NCBI GenBank assembly: GCA_963715195.1
Contig: CAVQRT010000003.1
Coordinates: 64,001 to 128,000 of the forward strand
DNA length: 64,000 nt
Reading direction: 5' to 3'
From: Thermodesulfovibrionales bacterium
GTDB lineage: Bacteria; Nitrospirota; Thermodesulfovibrionia; Thermodesulfovibrionales; SM23-35
Shown: positions 48,024 to 60,100 of the stretch, piece by piece
Layout: every line of letters starts with the position of its first letter
Position numbering within the stretch: position 1 is the stretch's first letter
Translations under genes and position numbers: made by a program
The notes under the pieces: generated by a model
Told to the model about the DNA's origin: nothing
The model's input: only the letters and a program-made list of their open reading frames with translations
Databases searched by the model: none

Positions 48024-48443
48024 TTACACGTCGTTAATATGTCTTTTCAAAAACTTCTCTATCGCCTTCACAGCTTCATCTTTAAACTGTGCGGGACTTT
48101 GAGCTATCCAGACAGTAAAGTTGTAGAGCTCCTTGATATCGGCCACTAACCATTTCTTGTTTGCGAAAAGAAACGTAAAGAGCGTTGTTATAGCAATCCT
48201 TTTATTCCCGTTTTCAAATGGATGGTTTTTGATCATGAGATAAAACAGCGTGCCCGCCCTTGTAAGGAACCCGGGGTAAAGGAATTTTCCTTCAAACGTT
48301 TGGAAAGGCGCTGCCAAACAGCTTTCCAGAATATTTGGCGCACGTGTCGAGAAGTCTGGAATGGGTTCGTTGAATGCCAAGAGTGCCTGGGCCATCTTAT
48401 GCGTTATATGTTCGACATCTTTCACGGTAACTCTCTTGACCAT
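48024..48443 (-). CDS. Doc/Fic-family toxin
   Basis: NHPFENGNKR Doc-type motif; ESCLAAPFQTFEG..LYP. Confidence 0.9.
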   Translation of the reverse strand: MVKRVTVKDVEHITHKMAQALLAFNEPIPDFSTRAPNILESCLAAPFQTFEGKFLYPGFLTRAGTLFYLMIKNHPFENGNKRIAITTLFTFLFANKKWLVADIKELYNFTVWIAQSPAQFKDEAVKAIEKFLKRHINDV

Positions 48444-48446
48444 CTG

Positions 48447-48713
48447 CTATTCTCTGCCAAGGAGTTTCAGTAATTCCCCGTATTCCTGAAATGTTTTCTT
48501 CACGGCTCGATCGATAAGTTCCTTGTCCTCCTCACTCAACGTTTTGCCTGTAATGTCGGTTACATACTTTCTGGGGATTGCATAACTTCTTCCTATTCTG
48601 ATGGCTTTTATTTGTCCTCTTTTAATTTTTTGGTAGATAGCGATTCTGCTCACTCCCAGAATTTTCGCGAACTCCGCAATTGAAATATATTCGCCTTTTC
48701 CCATAGACCCCAT
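48447..48713 (-). CDS. Excisionase-like HTH protein, probable Doc antitoxin
   Basis: YISIAEFAKILGVSRIAIYQKIKRGQIKAIRIGRSY (HTH_17-like) and a C-terminal helix EYGELLKLLG; 3 bp upstream of doc. Confidence 0.75.
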   Translation of the reverse strand: MGSMGKGEYISIAEFAKILGVSRIAIYQKIKRGQIKAIRIGRSYAIPRKYVTDITGKTLSEEDKELIDRAVKKTFQEYGELLKLLGRE

Positions 48714-48769
48714 CTTATAAATAAATCAATATCATCAAGGTATTATGTTGTTAACTAATCATTTAATAC

Positions 48770-48783
48770 TTAACAATTGTTAA
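48770..48783. promoter_or_regulatory. Perfect 14-bp palindrome, candidate operator of the HTH-doc operon
   Basis: TTAACAATTGTTAA, with additional TGTTAA/TTAACA half-sites nearby. Confidence 0.45.
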
Positions 48784-49014
48784 TTTTATGGTTCAGATTA
48801 ACATAATATCCTCATATAATCAATGGGCGGACTTTTCAAAATACCGTCGCTACAAAAACCGGAAATGCATATACATAATGACGCGTGTAGCCGGGAATCG
48901 GTTTCTTTTTGAAGGGAACGCTTTTTGTAATGCGTGGTCCATCCAGGCACAATGAAATCGATGAGAATCTGGCGAGACACATTATAAAAGAATTAGCGTA
49001 ATGGCTGTAGAAAG

Positions 49015-49080
49015 AGGTTTAGCCGAGGATTTGTATGCACTGCACTTGAATCCTCGGCCTCTTGAATCCTTGAACCCTTT
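49015..49080. repeat. Octamer-array element
   Basis: CAC-TTGAATCC-TCGGCCTC-TTGAATCC-TTGAACCC-TTT with a degenerate left arm. Confidence 0.72.
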
Positions 49081-49081
49081 C

Positions 49082-49189
49082 TTATATCCGTATCGTATCC
49101 CCGTCTTTCAGTATCCTGAGATTCTTGATCCTGAGGGCCTTCAGCTCACCTTTTATCATCTTGAAATACTGCGGCTTTAAGTGGGTAAT
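49082..49189 (-). pseudogene. 3' remnant resembling a class II cAMP phosphodiesterase / MBL-fold hydrolase C-terminus
   Basis: Hand translation ITHLKPQYFKMIKGELKALRIKNLRILKDGDTIRI*; the rest of the gene is absent. Confidence 0.5.
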
Positions 49190-49200
49190 ACAGAAATTGC

Positions 49201-49305
49201 GAGGAGCTCTATGACATTATTTCGAATAATCTGAAAGATTTCGCCAACTTCATCAGGGAAATCGTGGCCTTTATCAGAGCATACGAATAGAACAAGACAC
49301 GTTAG
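49201..49305 (+). pseudogene. 3' remnant of a HEPN paralog
   Basis: EELYDIISNNLKDFANFIREIVAFIRAYE* aligns in DNA and protein with 47905-48012. Confidence 0.8.
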
Positions 49306-49309
49306 AAGC

Positions 49310-49501
49310 CTAAGCAAATCTTCCCGAGCAGCCGAACAGATAACCGGAAAGGGCTGCCTGCACAGGCCTGCTGTGCCGCAGTGCATAAAAAAATGGCGCG
49401 AGGCAGAACCAGGCAAAAGCACTCGCATCGAATGGTGGGAAAGAAGCAATGAGGAAGATGGCGGAGGCAACAGTCAGAAAGAAAAGAAACGTCATGCTCA
49501 T
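49310..49501 (-). pseudogene. lnt: 5' remnant of apolipoprotein N-acyltransferase
   Basis: ASFPPFDASAFAWFCLAPFFYALR...AALSGYLFG resembles the Lnt N-terminus; it is truncated where the HEPN remnant ends. Confidence 0.6.
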
Positions 49502-49599
49502 TTCTTTCAGCCTATATTGGTTAACCTCCACCCGTTGCTGGTTCGTTGTCTGTTCCCTTTCTCCATTAACCTTTCTTTACAGACATCCTCCTTTCGATA

Positions 49600-50106
49600 C
49601 TATTCTACTATAGCGAGTATAATGTCAACAGTCGTAAACAGCGTGTCACAACCGGGCTCGTTATTGCCATCGATTCCAAATCCGCAATCCGCGATTGTGC
49701 TGTAACCTTTCACCGCCCACGATTGATAAGAACTAAACACGCCCGGAATAACAGTATTATTGAGCCAGTTATACACAAAAGCGCTTTGCTCACTGGGGTC
49801 CAAGTAACACACAGGGGCTGATTCTCCCGAAGAGAATTTGTAGACACTAGAGCCTTTGGTCAACCGCAGGGAAACAACCATACTGACTTCATAATCATCA
49901 GGGCATTCGATACTTTCGCCGGGCTCTGCTAAGATCTCATAATGAGCGGTCATAGGACCAAAGACCTTTGTGCCGGCAGCACTCTTGTCCACGTAAGGGT
50001 CGAGAATAGTTCCCGCCGGTGTTTCAGAAGTCCGGCCTGCAAAGGTTAACTGTGCTACACCACATACTATGATTACAGCTAATACCACAACAAAAAGCCG
50101 TTTCAT
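49600..50106 (-). CDS. Hypothetical secreted protein
   Basis: SD AAGGAGG, signal peptide MKRLFVVVLAVIIVCGVAQLTFA, 168 aa; no family recognised. Confidence 0.8.
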   Translation of the reverse strand: MKRLFVVVLAVIIVCGVAQLTFAGRTSETPAGTILDPYVDKSAAGTKVFGPMTAHYEILAEPGESIECPDDYEVSMVVSLRLTKGSSVYKFSSGESAPVCYLDPSEQSAFVYNWLNNTVIPGVFSSYQSWAVKGYSTIADCGFGIDGNNEPGCDTLFTTVDIILAIVE

Positions 50107-50201
50107 GTTCTTATACCTCCTTAAATAAGTTAATGGTTACTCCAGAACAATCGTTGTCTTACATCACCTCCTCCCATGATCTCTCTTTGTGCTGTATACA
50201 T

Positions 50202-51042
50202 TTATTGCAGTTGCAACACTGCCTGGTCAGCAGGGGTGAACGCACTTCCGATATACCACGTCACCTTATCGTTTTTATTGGTGTAATACACTGACTGATC
50301 CAGAACCGTCGCTGATCCCGTCTTGTAATGGTACCCTCCAAAGCGTTTGTTGTATGTATCCGTGAGTACCATGTTATGGCCAACCTCATGCGCAATCGTA
50401 TGCTTGATGTATTTGTTGATTACAGCTGCACGTCCTATTGTAACTCCATCTGCATCCTTGCAATCTCCATCCGATACCGCCGGGCTACATACCGAATTCA
50501 CATGCCCTATTATCCGCGCCGTATACACAGTGGCAGAGAGTCCAGACCATTCGGTGTCCCATAGTTGGCAAAGCCAAGGACATCCGGTATAGGTCATATC
50601 CAGATCCTCGGTGATTTTTACGCCTTCTGTGGTGATGCCAGGCTGACCTTCTGTCAGGATATGCTTGCTCCGGGTAAGTCTCATGGGCAATGCCAGACCC
50701 ACCGTCTGCCTCCGGCGCGGTGATGTATGCCAGGGGCTCTGCGGTCATGTTGCTTGGCGCCTCTGGAACAAAAATCACAAACAGGTCCTTCGATTCGGGT
50801 CCAGACGATTTTCTCTCGGAACGGCCTCTGATGCACCAGCTACGATATCACCGCTCATAAGTGTTATTCCCTCACACTCCAGCTGGTCTGTAAACCCGTC
50901 TGCATCAAAATCATCTGCACCCGCTGTGGCACAGTCAACTGCGTACGCAGGCATGTGACCGAGGAGAATGGCCAATCCTAATGCCAACAACGTCATCAGA
51001 ATGTGGCTCTCTTTCTGATCTTATAATGTCTCCTTTGTCCAT
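50202..51042 (-). CDS. Secreted zinc-metallopeptidase-like protein, split by about 3 frameshifts
   Basis: SD GAGGAGG before ATG 51042. Fragments 50775-50996 (signal peptide, DFDADG), 50485-50778 and 50202-50702 (HTIAHEVGH) are collinear. Confidence 0.62.
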
Positions 51043-51178
51043 TTTTACACCTCCTCTGTAATACTCGTGTTCACATTAGCCGAAAAAGCCGCCTATCATT
51101 TCTTTTTCATCCTTCCCTCCTTTCCGACAATTTAATGCATAGATCACACTTCCATTTTCTCATCCGTATTTTCTTCAC

Positions 51179-54100
51179 CTATTTCTTATGAATAATAATT
51201 GAACCACCTCCGATAATCGTTGCAGGGTCATCTGTATCAGGAGCACCCATCTTATTGTCATAGACAATCTGGTCAGTATCCTTGTCCCAAATCTTGATCC
51301 TGAACTTATCGTACCGTCCGCCGCCTTTATTTGACCGTCAATCGCGGTCAGCATGAAGCCGTAGTTTCCTGTGCCGTTGATTGTTCCGGTCACCTTTGTA
51401 CTGTGCTCTCGGTCCTGCAACTACAAGCCATTCATAAGAATCTGAATGGAATTTCAGATCTGCAACTTTGAACTGGAATTGAGTTTCGCCGGTCGGAATC
51501 GTCGCACCTTTCTTGTACTTGGATACGAATCCAAAGGTTGCTTTGCCAGTGAGGTCTGTATCGGCCGCGTAGGCTCCATCAGGTGAATCAATCCATCCCC
51601 CGCCGGTCACAAAACCGCCATCCGGATCATACACAACGATATATTCAAAACGCCCCGTGTCAGTTTCATCATGATTGTCTGTAACCGTGAGTGTTACAAC
51701 ATAGACACCGGGTGTACTATATTCATGTGAACCGGTCACTGTTCCGGAACCATTTGATTCATCGACAGTCCCAACCGTTGTCGAGTCGTCGCCCCAATCC
51801 CAAACAGCAGTGTGGACATCTTCGTATTAGCGTCTGTAAACTGTGCACTCGTTGATATGGTTGTATCTACTTGAACAGGATCAATTGGTGCTGTAATCAC
51901 ATCAACAACGGGTGGTACATTAGCTGAGATAACTCCAAAGCTTGCGCCTATTGTGTGATCGGTTGTCACATTGTGGAAGGTGTAGCTCGCGACCACACCC
52001 ACTGAAGTACCGTCGACAAGAACATCTACTATGTAACAGCCCTCTGCAGGCGAAATTGTAAATTCCTGACTTTCCCCCTCAGGAACCGCTGCATACACTG
52101 TCGGACTGATACTTCCATTAACGCATTCTGTCACTGTTATCACATAGGTATCCGCTGCGATCACGGTTACCGGGCTCTCCCCTGAGTGGATCGCCCCCAC
52201 CCACAGGTCTACACACGGTTCCGGCCCGCGATGTGCACACACCTGCGCCGGACAAGGTCAGGATCCGTAATGTAGTTCGAGTAGGTCGCCTCTACCGTGT
52301 AAGCCCCTACCCCCAGCACCGACGGATCGTACATATCCCTTAGGTCGCAGCTCACCGAGAACGACGCCCCCGCTGCCAGCGTCATTACGTCGTCCGGTAT
52401 CCCGTAGGCATGCCACACCCGGTCCCGCGGCGGCAGGACATCGCCCAGGCCGTCCCTCACCGTGAAGGTCGTGTTGTAGCAGTCAGGCGTGATGATCTCT
52501 ATCGCACTGCCGCTCTGGTTCCAGAAGATGGCCTCCACCATCAACGCCTCCCCTTCCCGCGTCGGTACAGCCGGCACCTCCAGTTCCTCGGTGTTTGCGT
52601 CACACGCATCGCCCAGCCCGTCGCCGTCACTGTCTGTCTGCGATGCATTGGCCACCAGTGGACAGTTATCATCAGGTCCGGTACCCCGTCCCTGTCTGTG
52701 TCGATGAGGTCTAATCCGCACAGTCCTGGTCTATCCCGTCATTTGGTATCTCGGCGACCGGGTTCAGGAGTACAGGTATAGGTGTGTACTCCTCCCGTGC
52801 GGTCTGCACCCCGGCTGCTGCCATGCTCCCACTCCACAATGTGCATCCCCATCCCAGCTCTCTCGAGCCGTGCTCCGTTAATGCATCCGGTCATGTCTTC
52901 GTGTCGCAGACCTCCGTCGCACCCGGGTGATCGAGCTGTACCGTCGTACAGTCATCCCCGCCGTAGGCAACCGAGATATATCCGTGTCGATCCCCGTCGA
53001 GCTCGCAAAGCTCGCCTCTATCGCATGATCAGCCGTGACGTTTATAAATTCATAGGTCGTTACTGCTCCTACTGATACCCCATCAACCAAGACATCCTCC
53101 ACGTGGTAGCCCGTATCAGGGGTTATGGTAAAGGTCTGGTTATTGCCCGAGGTTACCAGCACGTACCCTGACGGATCAGTCGGCGTAATGCTCCCGTTAG
53201 CACCCGCTGTCACTGTTATCACATAGGTATCCGCTGCGATCACGGTTACCGGGCTCTCCCCTGAGTGGATCGCCCCCACCCACAGGTCTACACACGGTTC
53301 CGGCAGCGAGTGCACACACCGCCCGGACAAGGTCAGGATCCGTAATGTAGTTCGAGTAGGTCGCCTCTACCGTGTAAGCCCCTACCCCCAGCACCGACGG
53401 ATCGTACATATCCCTTAGGTCACAGCTCACCGAGAACGACGCCCCCGCTGCCAGCGTCATTACGTCGTCCGGTATCCCGTAGGCATGCCACACCCGGTCC
53501 CGCGGCGGCAGGATGCTGCCCAGTCCGTCCCTCACCGTGAAGGTCGTGTTGTAGCAGTCAGGCGTGATGATCTCTATCGCACTGCCGCTCTGGTTCCAGA
53601 AGATCGCCTCCACCATCAACGCCTCCCCTTCCCGCCTCGGCACTGCCGGCACCTCCAGTTCCTCGGTGTTTGCATCACACGCATCGCCCAGCCCGTCGCC
53701 GTCTGTATCATCCTGCGATGCATTGGCCACCAGTGGGCAGTTGTCCTCTGTGTCCGGTACCCCATCATTGTCTGTGTCGATGAGGTCTAATCCGTCACAG
53801 TCCTGGTCTATCCCGTCATTTGGTATCTCGGCTACCGGTGTGCCAGGCGTACACGTGTCATCCTGTGCTCCGGCTGTACAGGTAAGTACTCCGGCTGCTG
53901 CACATGCTCCCACACCGCATGATGTCGCATCCCCATACCAGCTCTCTCCTGAGCCGTCCTCCGTTAATGCATCACAATCATTGTCTATCGTGTCGCAGAC
54001 CTCCGTCGCACCCGGGTTGATCGAGGCATCTGTGTCATCGCAGTCTGTATCGTCCGCCACATATCCGCCAGGTACAGTACACGCCTCGGTGCTCGCTGTA

Positions 54101-57100
54101 GGATCACCATAGGTGTCTCCATCGCTGTCCAGATAGAAGGTTGTCAAAACTCCGTTATCTACAACACCGTCACAGTCGTTGTCCAATCCGTCGCAGATCT
54201 CTGCCACCGATGTGCCGGGTGCGCAGGGAGTCTCAACTCCTGCCACGCAACTGCTCGGGGTATTATTGGTCAGGCACTCGCCAACTCCGCAGGTGTCATC
54301 TACAACGTAATCCTCATCAGCTGCACCATCGCAATCATCATCCACACCGTCACACGTGGCATCGTCTGCTGCCGGTGTGCCAGGAGTACAGGTATCAACT
54401 TGTACTCCTCCCGTGCAGGTCTGCACCCCGGCTGCTGCACATGCTCCCACTCCGCATGATGTCGCATCCCCATACCAGCTCTCTCCTGAGCCGTCCTCCG
54501 TTAATGCATCACAATCATTGTCTATCGTGTCGCAGACCTCCGTCGCACCCGGGTTGATTGAGCTGTCACCGTCGTCACAGTCATCCCCGCCGTAGGCAAC
54601 CGAGATATATCCGTCTCCATCCCCATCAGAGCTTGCAAAGCTCGCCTCTATCGCATGATCAGCCGTGACGTTTATAAATTCATAGGTCGTCACTGCTCCT
54701 ACTGATACCCCATCAACCAAGACATCCTCCACGTGGTAGCCCGTATCAGGGGTTATGGTAAAGGTCTGGTTATTGCCCGAGGTTACCAGCACGTACCCTG
54801 ACGGATCAGTCGGCGTAATGCTCCCGTTAGCACCCGCTGTCACTGTTATCACATAGGTATCCGCTGCGATCACGGTTACCGGGCTCTCCCCTGAGTGGAT
54901 CGCCCCCACCCACAGGTCTACACACGGTTCCGGCAGCGATGTGCACACACCGCCCACAAGGTCAGGATCCGTAATGTAGTTCGAGTAGGTCGCCTCTACC
55001 GTGTAAGCCCCTACCCCCAGCACCGACGGATCGTACATATCCCTTAGGTCACAGCGTCACCGAGAACGACGCCCCCGCTGCCAGCGTCATTACGTCGTCC
55101 GGTATCCCGTAGGCATGCCACACCCGGTCCCGCGGCGGCAGGATGCTGCCCAGTCCGTCCCTCACCGTGAAGGTCGTGTTGTAGCAGTCAGGCGTGATGA
55201 TCTCTATCGCACTGCCGCTCTGGTTCCAGAAGATGGCCTCCACCATCAACGCCTCCCCTTCCCGCCTCGGCACTGCCGGCACCTCTAGTTCCTCGGTGTT
55301 TGCATCACACGCATCGCCCAGCCCGTCGCCGTCTGTATCATCCTGCGATGCATTGGCCACCAGTGGGCAGTTGTCCTCTGTGTCCGGTACCCCATCATTG
55401 TCTGTGTCGATGAGGTCTAATCCGTCACAGTCCTGGTCTATCCCGTCATTTGGTATCTCGGCTACTGGTGTGCCAGGTGTACACGTGTCATCCTGTGCTC
55501 CGGCTGTACAGGTAAGTACTCCGGCTGCTGCACATGCCCCCACTCCGCATGATGTCGCATCCCCATACCAGCTCTCTCCTGAGCCGTCCTCCGTTAATGC
55601 ATCACAATCATTGTCTATCGTGTCGCAGACCTCCGTCGCACCCGGGTTGATCGAGGCATCTGTGTCATCGCAGTCTGTATCGTCCGCCACATATCCGCCA
55701 GGTACAGTACACGCCTCGGTGCTCGCTGTAGGATCACCATAGGTGTCTCCATCGCTGTCCAGATAGAAGGTTGTCAAAACTCCGTTATCTACAACACCGT
55801 CACAGTCGTTGTCCAATCCGTCGCAAATCTCTGCCACCGATGTGCCGGGTGCGCAGGGAGTCTCAACTCCTGCCACGCAACTGCTCGGGGTATTATTGGT
55901 CAGGCACTCGCCAACTCCGCAGGTGTCATCTACAACGTAATCCTCATCAGCTGCACCATCGCAATCATCATCCACACCGTCACACGTGGCATCATCTGCC
56001 GCCGGTGTGCCAGGAGTACAGGTGTCATCACCCCATACTCCAGCCGTACAAGTCTCTTCCCCAGTAGAAGCACAGGCGCCTATTCCACAAGTTGATGGAC
56101 GAGTAAGTTCTTCATCAGTACTTCCATCGCAGTCGTTATCTATGTTGTCGCAGCCCTCTGCAGTAGCACCTGCCAATGGATCACACGTGTCATCGCCCCA
56201 TACTCCAGCCGTACAAGTCTCGATTCCCGTGTTGCCTGCGCACTGGCCGACACCACAGGAAGTAATTTGGGTGATCCCGTCTATCGTTCCATCACAATCA
56301 TTATCTATGTTGTCACATACCTCGGTTGCACCCGGGTTGATTGATGAATCGCCATCATTGCAATCTTCTTCTGTAGCAGAGCCTGTACATCCAATTATTA
56401 CGCCTACTCCATAGGTGTCACCATCTACATCCAGACATGTATCCACAGGATCGCATATGCCATCTCCATCATCGTCAGGGCCCTGAGATGCATCTCCATA
56501 AACATTAGGAACATGACTAACAGGATCAAAATCAGAAATGCAGTTATCTGCAAGATAGAGGGTTTGTAAATTTATTAGACTACTTAGTGCTGCTATGTCA
56601 GATATTTGATTGCTGGATAGAACCAGAACAGTCAGACTGCTCAGATTTGACAATGCAGAGATGTCAGATATCTGATTGCTGCCAAGATTTAGATCAGTCA
56701 GACTGGTCACATTTGATAATGCTGCTATAGCAGCTATCTGATTACTGGATAGAACCAGCTCAGTCAAACTGGTCAAATTTGACAATAAAGAGATGTCAGA
56801 TATCAGATTGTTGTTCAGATAAAGATGAGTCAGACCGGTCACATTTGTTAATGCTGCTATATCAGCTATCTGATTGCTGGATAGAACCAGAACAGTCAGA
56901 CTGCTCAGATTTGACAATGCAGAGATATCAGATATCTGATTGCTGCCAAGATTTAGATGAGTTAGACTGGTCAGATTTGATAATAAGGAGATGTCAGATA
57001 TCAGATTAGCGGTTAGAACCAGAGTAGTCAGACTGCTCAGGTTTGACAATGGAGTGATGTCAGATATCTGATTGCTGTCTAGATAGAGAGTAGTCAGACT

Positions 57101-60100
57101 GCTCAGATTTGATAATGAAGAGATATCGGATATCTGATTGCGTGATAGAAGCAGAACAGTCAGACTGCTCAGATTTGATAATGAAGAGATATCAGATATC
57201 TGATTGGTGTCCAGATAGAGCTCAGTCAGACTGGTCACATTTGATAATGCTGATAAACCAGATATCTGATTGTTGTTCAGATTTAGATAAACCAGACTGC
57301 TCAGATTTGATAATGAAGAGATATCGGATATCTGATTGCTACTCAGATTCAGATGGGTCAGATTAATGGCATATTCGAGGCCTGTAAGATCAACGACTCC
57401 TTTATTAGTGGCACCAAGGGTAATTAAATTAAGCATGTCAGCAACAGTCGGATCAGAAACACCCAGTTCCGTCTCTATCGCTGCCTTGAGGTTTGCATCG
57501 GGGATATTAACCGGACAGGGATTATCAATAATGTCGTCGCAGTCATTATCCAACCCGTCGCACGTTGTCTCGGTAGCTTCGTAAGTTGCGATACCGCTGT
57601 AGTCATTAACCCAGCCGCCTGCCCCGCTACAGGTCTTAGTTGAGCCTGAGCAGACGCCGTCCTGCAGGTCATTGAGCGGAGCAGTAAGGCCGTTGTCAGT
57701 AGTTCCATCACAGTCATTGTCTAATCCATCACATATTTCAGCTCCAGGTGTTCCAGGTGTACACGAATCTTGTACAACTCCTGCAACGCAACTCGTTACG
57801 CCTGTTGATGCACAAGCACCTACTCCGCAGCTGGTGGCCGTCGATACATAGTCTTCATCAGCTACACCATCGCAATCATCGTCTGTACCGTCACACGTGG
57901 CATCATCTGCTGCCGGTGTGCCTTCAGTACAGGTATCAACTTGTACTCCTCCCGAACACGTAAGTTGACCAGCTGCTGCACATGCCCCCACTCCGCATGA
58001 TGTCGGATCTCCGTACCAGCTCTCATCAGAGCCATCAAGAGTACCTGCATCACAATCATTGTCTATCGTGTCGCATACCTCCGTTGCGCCCGGGTTGATT
58101 GAGGAATCGGTATCATCGCAGTCATCCCCCATAGGCCCTCATACCCATCACCGTCTGCATCGATATCACAGGCATCGCCTATACCATCCGTATCTGAATC
58201 TTCCTGGCCTGGATTGCTATCATCAGGACAGTTGTCACAGACATCGCCTATGCCATCACCATCCGTATCGCCCTGAGCAGGATTAATATCATCAGGGCAA
58301 TTGTCGCACAGATCGCCTATGCCATCAGTATCTGAGTCTGCCTGATCGGGGTTATAATCATCTGGACAGTTGTCAGAAGTATCACCAACGCCATCGCCCT
58401 GATATCGATAGATGTCCCAGGAACTGCCATTATATTTCTGCCAAACAATTCTATTTGAAAAGACAGTCGGGTAATAGTTAGCCGAGGAATCCGTTGTTAC
58501 TCGGTGAGGTGGTATTGCAGGCGTAGATAAATCATATTCGTAGATATCATAGTTACCGTGAGTGGAATCCTGCCAAACAATAATGTTCCCAGAGATAGAA
58601 GGTGCTTTTTGATCATAAATACTGTCGGTAATCTGGGTTTCAATCCCCGTCGAAATCTCATACATATAAATGTCCCATCGGCCATCCCTAAAATCTTGCC
58701 AGACGATTCGGTTTCCTGAGATTGTCGGTGCTTCTTGATTTCCTGGCTCATCGGTTATCCGGGTTTCAACCCCTGTCGAAATGTCATACAAAAAAATGTC
58801 ATAATTGCCATATCTGTCGTCCTGCCAGACGATTTGGTCTCCTGAGATAGCCGGTTGTGATGAAGTCGAAATGTCGGTAGTAGTATTGACCTTGGTCTCT
58901 ATCCCAGTAGATATATCATACAGGAACACGTCCCATCTGCTCGCGCCGTTATCATAATTGTAGACAATGCGATTTCCTGATATCCGCGGATAAGATTGTG
59001 TTTGTGCATCGGAAGTTATCCGAGTTTCAGCTCCGTCGAACATGTAAATGTCCGTATTGCCATGCCTGTTATCGTGCCAGACGATACGGTCACCTGAAAT
59101 AGATGGTCTCTCCTGACTTCCCGGGTCACTGGTTATCCGGCTTTCAGACCCGTCATATGAATAAATTTCAAAGTCGCCAACTCTGTAATCTTGCCAGACA
59201 ACCCTATCCCCCCAAATTGAACTTAAGACGAAAAAGCCGGTGTTGGTATCAGCAACATCTTCCCTAATCCGGGTCTCACTTCTGTCAGAGTCTCGGCTCT
59301 CATTGTCATCCAAAGGAAATGCATCATTGAGGTCATCTACTCCATCACCGTCTGAGTCTGAATTCAATGAGTTAGTCCCGAAGACTGATTCTTCATAATC
59401 CGTGAGTCCATCGCCATCATCATCTGCGTCTAAGCAATCATCTATCCCATCAGAATCAGTATCACCCTCGTCAACTTCACTATCACAGTCGTTGTCTATT
59501 CCATCGCATATCTCCGTAGCATCCGGATTTATGGATGAATCACCGTCATTGCAATCCCCCTCACATATCCTAAAGCCATCGGTGTCAGCATCCGCTTCAT
59601 CAATAGGCACTTCCGTGTCACAATCATTGTCTATCCCATCACAGAGCTCTGTTGCACCCGGATATGTATTGCCGTCATTGTCATCACAGTCAGTTTCAAG
59701 ACCGGTTAGCTCTGTTGAAACTTTATAACCCGCTGGTCTTTCACATGACGTGTTATCAACGGTTTGATCCGAGTATCCATCATCATCCGCATCTTTCCAC
59801 CAAGTCTGCCCAGGATGCTCGTTCGGATCAGCGTCATCACAATCAGTATTGTCAGCAACATATCCTCCTGGTGCAGAACATGCCTGAGTAGTTACCGAAG
59901 GATTGCCATAGGTGTCGCCATCGCTGTCCTGATAGAAAGTCATCAGAACTCCATTATCAACACTGCCGTCACAGTCATTGTCCAACCCATCACACGTTGT
60001 CTCGGTAACTTCATAAGTTGCAATACCGCTGTAATCATTAACCCAGCCGCCTGCGCCACTACAGGTCTTAGTTGAGCCCGAGCAGACGCCAGCCTGTAGG

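Noticed and set aside
48447..48713. Prophage excisionase
   Set aside because: No integrase, att/tRNA site or phage genes; coupling to doc fits an antitoxin.
47905..49305. Diversity-generating retroelement TR/VR pair
   Set aside because: Mismatches are not restricted to adenines and no reverse transcriptase is present. The same applies to the 57540-57730 versus 59970-60170 repeat.
56510..57430. CRISPR array (66-bp periodicity)
   Set aside because: The period is an in-frame 22-aa LRR with no unique spacers and no cas genes.
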